DNA of 63,511 nt, the filler included, from Octopus bimaculoides (taxonomy: Eukaryota): NCBI RefSeq assembly GCF_001194135.2. It is 3 parts of 3 records of this genome, joined end to end, with 100 filler letters (N's around TTAATTAATTAA, not from the genome) between each part and the next. Parts side by side here need not be neighbours in the genome. Positions count along the whole stretch, not along the records: positions 21,834 to 48,895 come from NC_068998.1; positions 48,996 to 63,511 come from NC_068982.1; 1 more part is not named here. One strand, given 5' to 3'. The notes beneath the pieces are model-generated. The model ran no database searches, was not told the DNA's origin, and saw only the letters and a list, made by a program, of their open reading frames with translations. Shown in pieces: positions 39,085 through 49,682 of this stretch (positions are counted from its first letter, which is position 1; every line of letters starts with the position of its first letter). The position numbers were made by a program, and so were the translations under genes.

Positions 39085-39828
39085 TTAAAATTATAATACA
39101 GGGTATCAAGAGATACCACCACGCTGAAAAAATAGCAGTCAAATCCTGACTCCAAAACCACAATAAATGTCCGCAAGGCACGATTAGCGAAGACGAAGAC
39201 CAAATAAACCAGTAAAAATAATAAGATAATTTCAAATCCTGGATTTCTGGCTTTGCATAAATGCTCTGCCTTCATCAGTGAAATATACTCAAGTACATAA
39301 ATACAAATACATGTATATAAACAGTATACTTACATATACGGACGTATACACACATATATATGCACGTATGCACACGACTAGCTTAAATAGCCCGCCTAAA
39401 CAACTTCTCGTGCGATCCCGGACAGGATATCAGCGCAGTAAATACACTGACAAAACTAATTTATATAAATAAGGATAAGATCGGTATTTAAAATATTGAT
39501 CTTATCAAGTGGTCTTATCAAGTGGTCTTATCAAGCTAGTCGTGTGCATACGTGCATATATATGTATATGGACGTCCGTATATGTAAGTATATTGTTTAT
39601 ATACATGTATTTGTATTTATGTACTTGAGTATATTTCACTGATGAAGGCAGAGCATTTATGCAAAGCCAGAAATCCAGGATTTGAAATTATCTTATTATT
39701 TTTACTGGTTTATTTGGTCTTCGTCTTCGCTAATCGTGCCTTGCGGACATTTATTGTGGTTTTGGAGTCAGGATTTGACTGCTATTTTTTCAGCGTGGTG
39801 GTATCTCTTGATACCCTGTATTTTAATT
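39085..39828. repeat. ~295-bp inverted repeat (arms 39085-39382 and 39533-39828), each arm with an HHR-like motif
   Basis: Arms are reverse-complementary with only a few mismatches; the ORF track shows the same peptide on both strands (39081- and 39642+). Confidence 0.92.
39633..39688 (+). ncRNA. Atypical minimal hammerhead-like motif (mirror copy 39229-39284 on minus strand)
   Basis: ATTTCA-CTGATGA-A-GGC..GCC-A-GAA-ATCCAGGAT-T-TGAAAT; there is an extra A before GAAA. Confidence 0.55.
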
Positions 39829-40449
39829 TATATATATATANNNNNNNNNNNNNNNNNNNNNNNNNNNNNNNNNNNNNNNNNNNNNNNNNNNNNNNNNNNN
39901 NNNNNNNNNNNNNNNNNNNNNNNNNNNNNNNNNNNNNNNNNNNNNNNNNNNNNNNNNNNNNNNNNNNNNNNNNNNNNNNNNNNNNNNNNNNNNNNNNNNN
40001 NNNNNNNNNNNNNNNNNNNNNNNNNNNNNNNNNNNNNNNNNNNNNNNNNNNNNNNNNNNNNNNNNNNNNNNNNNNNNNNNNNNNNNNNNNNNNNNNNNNN
40101 NNNNNNNNNNNNNNNNNNNNNNNNNNNNNNNNNNNNNNNNNNNNNNNNNNNNNNNNNNNNNNNNNNNNNNNNNNNNNNNNNNNNNNNNNNNNNNNNNNNN
40201 NNNNNNNNNNNNNNNNNNNNNNNNNNNNNNNNNNNNNNNNNNNNNNNNNNNNNNNNNNNNNNNNNNNNNNNNNNNNNNNNNNNNNNNNNNNNNNNNNNNN
40301 NNNNNNNNNNNNNNNNNNNNNNNNNNNNNNNNNNNNNNNNNNNNNNNNNNNNNNNNNNNNNNNNNNNNNNNNNNNNNNNNNNNNNNNNNNNNNNNNNNNN
40401 NNNNNNNNNNNNNNNNNNNNNNNNNNNNNNNNNNNNNNNNNNNNNNNNN

Positions 40450-40565
40450 CTGTAGAAGTCGGAAGGTTGTGTCTGGAGCCAAGACTTTACCTCGGAAATA
40501 AGTTCATCATCATCCGAAAAGTGTTTGCCCTTCAAAAAAGACTTCATGTTTGGATAGAGGTAGTG
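40450..40565 (-). mobile_element. Mariner transposase C-terminal fragment running into a gap
   Basis: HYLYPNMKSFLKGKHFSDDDELISEVKSWLQTQPSDFY, typical of the mariner region after the third catalytic Asp. Confidence 0.85.
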
Positions 40566-41182
40566 TTGCTGTCACATATTGTGAAATTTTAAAATTTCGT
40601 CAAAATTTTCAAATTTGGCATATTGAAATAATTTTCGACGTTTTTGTTATTTATTTGTTTCAGAAAATTTTCAGAAAAATGTTACTGCGGTTTAAAGTTT
40701 AATCGAATTTACCTTATCAGAAAACAGGATTTGGAAGCTGGCATTTTCTGCATGATAGCTGTCTATCACAAAATGAAAGCAAAATGATTACGAGGAGGAA
40801 TTTTTATTAAACGGACAAAAGCAAAGCATTATGACGACCAAAGCTGTAAGAACTTCTGAAGTTTAATAAGTTTTAATGAATAAAGTCAAGTGAACCGTCG
40901 CACAGACATGTAAATAATTTAAAAAGGAAAAAAAGTCCTCAACGAGGTTTTTTGTGAAAAACTGCACAAATCTGGCCTGATCAAGATGACTATCTGTCGA
41001 GGAAGGCATGGTCTGACATGGAATAAACAAAAATCTAGAAGACATTCTATTGTAAAAATTGCCCGGCAACGTCGTGCTATTCAGTTAGTAATATATAAAT
41101 TTATGTGTATATGTGCATACAGGTCGATCGATAGATAGATAAATGAATAGTTGGTTAGATAAATAGATAGATAGATAGATAT

Positions 41183-41237
<55 letters not shown>

Positions 41238-41634
41238 TAAAGAGAAAGAAATCGAAGGAGAAAGATTCTAATGTAGGCCCTTTACGTTAATCTGTTATGG
41301 GTCGAGGGTTATAAATCACAATTATTTGGCAAAAATACATTGAACCAGTGTTGTGAAGCCAAGTCTTTTCGAGCAAAACACTGCTCTACAATCTTCGAAA
41401 CAGAAACGAGATATATGTAGTTATATACAGGCAGTGATGTAAGTACGTAGATAGCCATATTTATTGAGGTAGAGATGAGTGGGAGAACAGTAAGGCGAGA
41501 GGAAATTATTTCAGAAGATAGGTAAATTTGTATGCCTATGTGTGTGCTTGTATGCACATAGACACACACACACAATATATGTGTGTGTGTGTGTGTGTGT
41601 ATTTGTGTGTGTGAGTGTGTGTGAGTGTACATAT

Positions 41635-41703
<69 letters not shown>

Positions 41704-41777
41704 CAGATAGACAGATAGATAGATAGATAGATAGATAGAGGAAGAGACTGGAAGTTAGATAGATGGATAGATAGATG

Positions 41778-41808
<31 letters not shown>

Positions 41809-43019
41809 GGATAGATAGATGGGTAGAGAGAGAGAGGGGGGGGGAGAGAGGGAAAGAGAGAGAGAAGTTAGATAGATAGACTGACAGACAAACAGACAGA
41901 ACATTCTCAGCTCTTGCATAATATATATGTAAGATCTGAATCGATATCATTACAATATTTTCTTACCAGGCAACGCAGATAAATCTAACTACGGTGTGTA
42001 TTTATTCACCAAATTGACTCCAACTGAATGTAACCATGCAAACGGACGCCATCATTAAATTCAACGTCGTAGCATCATTCTAATCTGATGTTGTGTTTCA
42101 CACGATGTCTCAATGATACAGCCAATTTTATAACCAATAAGCTGATAAGAGAATAAATATTTATCTATACTGTACCACCTGAACCTGTCATTACGAGGTG
42201 CCGAGGTGAGGAGATTAATGTTTCGTATCCAGGATTTTGTCAATACGGTCTCCATTACTGTTAAAAACATACACACACACTTCGTTCTATTTGCAGCTCT
42301 TTGTGTTTAAATGTCAGTAAGATAATCATTATTGGTTAACTTTGCAAATAGGAATGGTACTGTTCTTGTATAGACTCGGTTTAGATCTAAAGAAACATAC
42401 TTATTAACAAAGGCGCCCATGTTCAGACAACACTTACAAGAACTTACACTACCTGACTCATTTACTTCAAATCTTTAAAATAACATTTCCAAATTTTTAT
42501 CCAACAGAATTCTCAAATATTTCAAATTATTTTACGCATTTCTCTTTTTCACTACGGTTTTCTTCTCTCTTTAGCTTCTCTTTCTATCACCCACCCACCC
42601 ACTCACTCTTCTAAATTGTTTAAACTCTCTTTTCTTTTCTTTTTTTTTTTTCATTTTTGCATAACATTACTACTTTGTACTGCTTTCATTCGTAAAATAC
42701 TACGACTTTGCTTCGATGTTAAACGGGCGATAAAAAAAAAATTTTTTTAAACATTTAATTAGCGATTCTAGGTTATCGTCTGCAAATCAAGGAGAGAATC
42801 AAATCGCTTTTTAAAAACTGCAATCAAGAAATAAACCAATTTAGAGATACGCAAATAAATAAATAAATGAATAAATAAATGAATAAATAAATAAGGAGAG
42901 AGAGAGAGAAGGAAAAACCTAAGAGCTCTAGAAACAGAGATCGCAACTGTATACTTGAGACTAACTTAAGTTTATTATGTAGCAAATGATACGCAGAGGC
43001 CATTGCTGTTGTTGTTATT

Positions 43020-43215
43020 AAGGCGGCGAGCTGGCAGAAGAATTAGTACGCCGGGCAAAATGATAAGCGGCATTTTGGCCGTCCTTTGTTCTGAGTTCAA
43101 ATTCTGCTGAGGTCCGTTTCGGGGTTGATAAATTAAGCACAAGTTGAGAATTGGTGACGATTTAAACTACTAGCCCCTTTGCCAAAAGAAATGTCAGACC
43201 TCTGTGCCAGCAGTA
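43020..43215 (+). mobile_element. SINE A
   Basis: aaggcggcgagctggcagaag..gttctgagttcaaattctgctgaggtc. Confidence 0.85.
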
Positions 43216-43329
43216 GATAAGATTGTTATTGTTTTTTTTTTTTATTACATAGGGTGATGAGCAAGTGAAATCTTTAGTGTGTCGGACAAAATGCTTAGCG
43301 GCACTTCTTCCGGTTCCTTACAGCTTGGT

Positions 43330-43460
43330 ACCAGTGATGTCACAACTCGTTTCGATAGCTGACTGAACAGGATTAATATGAAATGAAGTGTCTTGCTCAA
43401 GAATACAAGTCCGGTCCTGGAATGGAACTCACTGTCTCGTGTTTGTGAGCCCAACGTTAT
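43330..43460 (-). mobile_element. SINE D head, degenerate
   Basis: tgaaatgaagtgtcttgctcaagaatacaa..ggtcctggaatggaactc. Confidence 0.65.
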
Positions 43461-43548
43461 GTGTGTGAGTGTGTACGTACGCACATGTGTGTTTGTATAT
43501 GCAAATATGTAATATATATGCATAGATGTATTATACACATATACATGC

Positions 43549-43580
<32 letters not shown>

Positions 43581-44390
43581 CATGTGCGTGTACATATATA
43601 TATAAATATATATGCACACACACATATATATATATTTACATATGCATATATATTATATTATATATATATATATATATATTTATACACATGTATATATANN
43701 NNNNNNNNNNNNNNNNNNNNNNNNNNNNNNNNNNNNNNNNNNNNNNNNNNNNNNNNNNNNNNNNNNNNNNNNNNNNNNNNNNNNNNNNNNNNNNNNNNNN
43801 NNNNNNNNNNNNNNNNNNNNNNNNNNNNNNNNNNNNNNNNNNNNNNNNNNNNNNNNNNNNNNNNNNNNNNNNNNNNNNNNNNNNNNNNNNNNNNNNNNNN
43901 NNNNNNNNNNNNNNNNNNNNNNNNNNNNNNNNNNNNNNNNNNNNNNNNNNNNNNNNNNNNNNNNNNNNNNNNNNNNNNNNNNNNNNNNNNNNNNNNNNNN
44001 NNNNNNNNNNNNNNNNNNNNNNNNNNNNNNNNNNNNNNNNNNNNNNNNNNNNNNNNNNNNNNNNNNNNNNNNNNNNNNNNNNNNNNNNNNNNNNNNNNNN
44101 NNNNNNNNNNNNNNNNNNNNNNNNNNNNNNNNNNNNNNNNNNNNNNNNNNNNNNNNNNNNNNNNNNNNNNNNNNNNNNNNNNNNNNNNNNNNNNNNNNNN
44201 NNNNNNNNNNNNNNNNNNNNNNNNNNNNNNNNNNNNNNNNNNNNNNNNNNNNNNNNNNNNNNNNNNNNNNNNNNNNNNNNNNNNNNNNNNNNNNNNNNNN
44301 NNNNNNNNNNNNNNNNNNNNNNNNNNNNNNNNNNAAAAAAAAAAAATCCCACCTGAGGCTTGTAATGTTTGCAATATATAAAAGACAGTG

Positions 44391-44432
<42 letters not shown>

Positions 44433-45739
44433 TGACTTCACCGCCATCATTTCAAACAATTCCACGTATTACCATACTACTCACACCGACATTTCCGTCG
44501 TAATTAAATGAATAATAAAATAAAAATTAAAATTAATTGAAATAATTAAAAAGGTATTTAACAAAAACAAATTTAAACAAACAAAAAAAAGTAGCGTTTT
44601 ATTAACAGCAATCAAAAATCAAAATGATAATAAAATAGTAGCGAAATGAATTATTTATATTTAAATACAATTAAAAAATTTTAAATTGAGTTAAATATAC
44701 AAATTGGAAGATTAAAGCAAAATATTGCTAAAAGAGGTCGTTAAAATACTACAACGTTATGGAATTAAAATCATAATGAAACATTGAATTTAAAATAAGT
44801 AATCAAAATAAATAATTAAAATAAAATAAATATAGGAAATATAAAATAAATGTTTTGTTTTTTTTTCATTTCAAAGTAAATTATAATTAACGTTAATTGG
44901 AAAAACTCCAAATATTTAAACAATGTAAATAAATAGAAAATATTTTGAAATATAAATTTTTATGGTTGATACAACGCAAATAGTTGTGGTTGTTGTTGTT
45001 GTCGTTGTTATCGTAACTGCTACTGATGTTGTTGTTGTTTAGCCTAAAGTTATCTCTGATCAAGAGGATCTATAATCAAAGGCGTTCCAAGCATGACTAC
45101 CCTAGCGATAAACTTTCAGACTTAGAGTATCTTGCACGACATAGGCCAACATGTAATTCCTCTTTTAAGATAGTAAGGAATCATTTGATGGCTATTTGGT
45201 TGCTATTTCTAACTGATCGAGTAACCACATAGAGGTTCCGTCATTGATTCGTAAAATAAGAGTTCTCTTTCCTTCTTTAACCCTACGTCGAATCTGATCA
45301 TTTCGTCTTATAATCAAGGACACTCCAGCCATGACGTACTACATAATATAACGCTAGATTCACAATGTCTGAAAAACACTGTGTATCTAATGTTAGAACA
45401 CCCAGTACGTCGATAGTCAAAGACTGTCTGGATTAATTTGAATTAAATTTGGTTGCTGTTGTTAGCAAGTCAGATGACCATTTAGGTGTTACGTTGTAGA
45501 TTTTGGACAGTTGTAGTCCGGAATAGGGGCAGAGCACTCAATGAAATCTAAACCCGAAATTACTTCAACTAATAAAAAGATTTATTAACTACTGAGAGAT
45601 AAAAGTAGTGGGGGTGTGGGGAATAAGCGGTTGCGATTTGAACCCGGAATTGCAAGGCAAAGAGCAAATGTAAATACTGTTATGTATTTTATCCTTCTAC
45701 GCTTTCTGGCACACTGACTGCCAGCAAAATAATTTTAAT

Positions 45740-46558
45740 AATCCTTTCTACTATAGGCACAAGGCCTGACATTTTGTGGTTGGAGGAAAGTGGATTTGAC
45801 CGCCCCCAGTACGCAACTGGTACTTAATTTATCGACCCCCGATAGGATGAAAAGCATTTGAACTCAGAACGTACAAACAGGCGAAATAGCGCTAACAATT
45901 CTGTCAACTCACCACCTTAAAATAATTTTAACAACAGAGAAATAATTGACAAAGTACTGAATATTAGTTTCAAATTTTGGCGCAAGGCCAGCAATTTCGG
46001 GGTAGGGGTAAGTCAGTTACATAGCCCCCCACCCCCACCCCCGTGTTCTACAGGTACTCGTTTTGTTGAGTTTTGTTGGGATGAAAGGCAAAGTCGACCT
46101 CTGCCAGCTCCCCTCCTTAAAAGAGGTGAATAATAAAATTTTTTGCATCGATACAGGGACACAAATATTTGAAGAGAGAAATTGGTTAAATTGATAAAAA
46201 TCAACGTTCAAAATAATTAACTGGTGCCAATCTTACCGAGCAAACATAAAAGCAAATACGAAAAAAATTAATTCATTCAGTTGAATCTCAACTAGTGTCG
46301 TAACTAAATTATTTATTTGTTTCTTTATTGCCCACAGGGGTGGGGGCTAAACATAGAGGGGAAAAACAAGGACAGACAAAGGGGTTAAGTCGATTACATC
46401 AACTCCAGTGCGTAACTGGTACTTAATTTATCGACCCCGAAAGGATGAAAGGCAAAGTCGACCCCCACCAGCGGAATTTGAACTCAGAACGTAACGGCAG
46501 ACGAAATACTGCTTTGCATTTCGCCCGGCGTGCTAACGATTCTGCCACCTCGCCGCCC
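45740..46558 (-). mobile_element. Cluster of three SINE A copies
   Basis: Copies at about 45740-45920, 45968-46120 and 46318-46558. Confidence 0.85.
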
Positions 46559-46610
46559 TATGTCATAACTAAATTATGCAAGGAATTTTGCCACGTACTC
46601 CACTGATTAG

Positions 46611-46765
46611 TGGAGGCGCGTGGTTTATCGGTTAGAGCATTGAATTCATAATTATAAGACTGCGGTTTCGATTCCTGAACCTGACGACGAGTTGTGTTCT
46701 TGAGCAAGTCACTTTATTTCACGTTGTTTCAGTCCATCCAGCTGGCAAAAATTGAGTAATATGGT
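46611..46765 (+). mobile_element. SINE D
   Basis: tggaggcgcgtggtttatcggttagagc..gtttcgattcc..gttcttgagcaagtcactttatttcacgttg..cagctggcaaaa. Confidence 0.8.
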
Positions 46766-47536
46766 GAAGTCGTGACAGGCCTGGGCAAACCCGTGATGAG
46801 TGTTGGACCTTCCTAGAGTAAAATCAGAAGGGAATTTCTTGACGGAGGGAACATAAACCTACCCTGGTGTTGGGTATAACTCAACTGATTCAGACTTCTA
46901 CAAATCTTAGAAAATATCAGTCTTTGAGATAGCTCAGTTTCCTGAGTTCAAAGATGGTTATGGTCGATTAAAGCCGATCCTGTACATAACTGGTTCTTTG
47001 AGCCTGGAAGGCGGAAAGACGCAGATGATTTCGGTGGGATTGGAACACAGAACTAAACGGACGCGACTAAATACCGTACGACAGTAAACATCCATCGACG
47101 AAAACAACGTCTTTTTACTATGCCTTAGTCCCCTGAGATATTTGTTTTGTAACAAGTTACCAACACTCCCTTGCAACTGTCCCTGTCTGAAATGTAATAA
47201 ATCAGTGAGGAATTTCACGGAAAAATTATCACTACAAACTCCGATATCTTCCTTTCACTGATTTCGATATGAAATATAAATACTATTCACACTTCAATAT
47301 CTATGTATCTGTATTTATATCTAGATTTATCTGGCTATCTATTAATATATGTATGTGCATAAAAATATATATGCATATGTGAGAGTTCGAGTGAGTGTGT
47401 GAGCGTGTGTGTATGTGTGTATGTGAAGATATGTAGATATTTAACGTATGTAATCTGTGCGCATTTGTATAGATATGTTTATATATACACACACATTATA
47501 AATCTACGTGCATACATACAGACATTCATACATATG

Positions 47537-47569
<33 letters not shown>

Positions 47570-48243
47570 NNNNNNNNNNNNNNNNNNNNNNNNNNNNNNN
47601 NNNNNNNNNNNNNNNNNNNNNNNNNNNNNNNNNNNNNNNNNNNNNNNNNNNNNNNNNNNNNNNNNNNNNNNNNNNNNNNNNNNNNNNNNNNNNNNNNNNN
47701 NNNNNNNNNNNNNNNNNNNNNNNNNNNNNNNNNNNNNNNNNNNNNNNNNNNNNNNNNNNNNNNNNNNNNNNNNNNNNNNNNNNNNNNNNNNNNNNNNNNN
47801 NNNNNNNNNNNNNNNNNNNNNNNNNNNNNNNNNNNNNNNNNNNNNNNNNNNNNNNNNNNNNNNNNNNNNNNNNNNNNNNNNNNNNNNNNNNNNNNNNNNN
47901 NNNNNNNNNNNNNNNNNNNNNNNNNNNNNNNNNNNNNNNNNNNNNNNNNNNNNNNNNNNNNNNNNNNNNNNNNNNNNNNNNNNNNNNNNNNNNNNNNNNN
48001 NNNNNNNNNNNNNNNNNNNNNNNNNNNNNNNNNNNNNNNNNNNNNNNNNNNNNNNNNNNNNNNNNNNNNNNNNNNNNNNNNNNNNNNNNNNNNNNNNNNN
48101 NNNNNNNNNNNNNNNNNNNNNNNNNNNNNNNNNNNNNNNNNNNNNNNNNNNNNNNNNNNNNNNNNNNNNNNNNNNNNNNNNNNNNNNNNNNNNNNNNNNN
48201 NNNNNNNNNNNNNNNNNNNNNNNNNNNNNNNNNNNNNNNNNNN

Positions 48244-48288
<45 letters not shown>

Positions 48289-48939
48289 TAGATAGATAGA
48301 TAGATATAGATATAGATATATCAATTTTATTAGGTAATATTTCTATGAGAGTTACACAGGGGCTTAGGGTTTCAGACCAAAGCTTTTGCCTAAGTGACTA
48401 TAAAAAAATAATAAAGCTTTGTTTCAGAGCGAAAATAAATTAGAATATTCCACAATATTCTCCAGAATATTCTTTTAACGTTCCAGGATAACTGTGCAAT
48501 ACATTTGAAAACTTGATGACGTAAACACAGAAAGTTTATTTTCGTATAAACGCACGCTCGCACACACATATATACCCATGTGTCGAAACTTACACACATA
48601 CACGTGTATGTATATAAACTTAAACAAACACGTATATACGTAAACATGAATTCCCGAACGCATTCACGCAAATACCTACGCATGTACATATGTGTATGTG
48701 TGCCTATTGTTGCACATATACACGTGCCTATATATGTGTATATATAGAAAATTATATTCATATATATAACATATATATATATATATATACATGCACATAA
48801 CTTATACATGCTTATACGCACAGCTATAGATGTAAGCATTCTCGCAAATATATACATAAATACAAGCATTCATTCATACGTATACATATATATATNNNNN
48901 NNNNNNNNNNNNNNNNNNNNNNNNNNNNNNNNNNNNNNN

Positions 48940-48951
48940 TTAATTAATTAA
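48940..48951. other. Artificial scaffold linker TTAATTAATTAA
   Basis: 44 N + 12 nt + 44 N. Confidence 0.9.
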
Positions 48952-48995
48952 NNNNNNNNNNNNNNNNNNNNNNNNNNNNNNNNNNNNNNNNNNNN

Positions 48996-49057
<62 letters not shown>

Positions 49058-49149
49058 CTTATGTTTGACTTTTGTTTTGCATTTGTACAAGTTGGATCCA
49101 AGTCTCACCCAGAGACCTCAAGAGACAACAAGTTAGAAGTTCATGTAGG

Positions 49150-49200
<51 letters not shown>

Positions 49201-49205
<5 letters not shown>

Positions 49206-49275
49206 TCACCGCCTAGAATCGAACTCGGAATCTTGGGGTTAGTAGACCGTGCTCTTAACCACTACGCTATATGTC
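49201..49275 (-). mobile_element. Inverted tRNA-like SINE head
   Basis: Minus strand has A-box TAGCGTAGTGG and B-box GTTCGATTC, followed by (TAA)n (49146-49200). Confidence 0.85.
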
Positions 49276-49379
49276 CGTGGGCATAGTGGTTAATAGCACG
49301 GACTACTAACATATGGCGTAGTGGTTAATAGCGCAAGTTACTAACCTCAAGATTCCGAGTTCGATTCCAGACAGTGACC

Positions 49380-49439
<60 letters not shown>

Positions 49440-49486
49440 TCGAAAAATACCTTGGTAATGAGAACCCATGTTCTAAATTTCCCCAA

Positions 49487-49532
49487 AACACCTGATGAAG
49501 GCTCGAGAGTATATCAGCCGAAGCGTTGTGTT
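49487..49532 (+). ncRNA. Minimal type I hammerhead, mutated copy
   Basis: AACAC-CTGATGA-A-GGCTC..CAGCC-GAAGC-GT-T-GTGTT; A15.1 is changed to G and stem II has one mismatch. Confidence 0.6.
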
Positions 49533-49636
49533 AACAACGCATTCAACACCAAATTATTATTATTAATAATAATAATAATAATAATAACATCGAAAAATAC
49601 CTTGGTAATGAGAACCCAGGTTCTAAATTTCCCCAA

Positions 49637-49682
49637 AACACCTGATGAAGGCTGGAGAGTATATCAGCCGAAACGTTGTGTT
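49637..49682 (+). ncRNA. Minimal type I hammerhead ribozyme, intact core
   Basis: AACAC-CTGATGA-A-GGCTG-gagagtatat-CAGCC-GAAAC-GT-T-GTGTT. Stems I and II are perfect 5-bp helices, stem III is palindromic ACGT, and the cleavage triplet is GUU. Confidence 0.8.

Noticed and set aside
44500-44960. Extremely AT-rich tract
   Set aside because: Low complexity with no periodicity or structure that I could detect.
46910-47218. Overlapping open frames on both strands
   Set aside because: No recognisable homology and no convincing splice sites.
49311-49379. tRNA-like sequences as true tRNA genes (also 22565, 46611, 49201)
   Set aside because: Acceptor and anticodon stems are incomplete and are embedded in repeat bodies; they are SINE heads.
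49432-49682. Repeat-spacer pattern as a CRISPR array
   Set aside because: Eukaryotic context, only two long units, and no cas genes.
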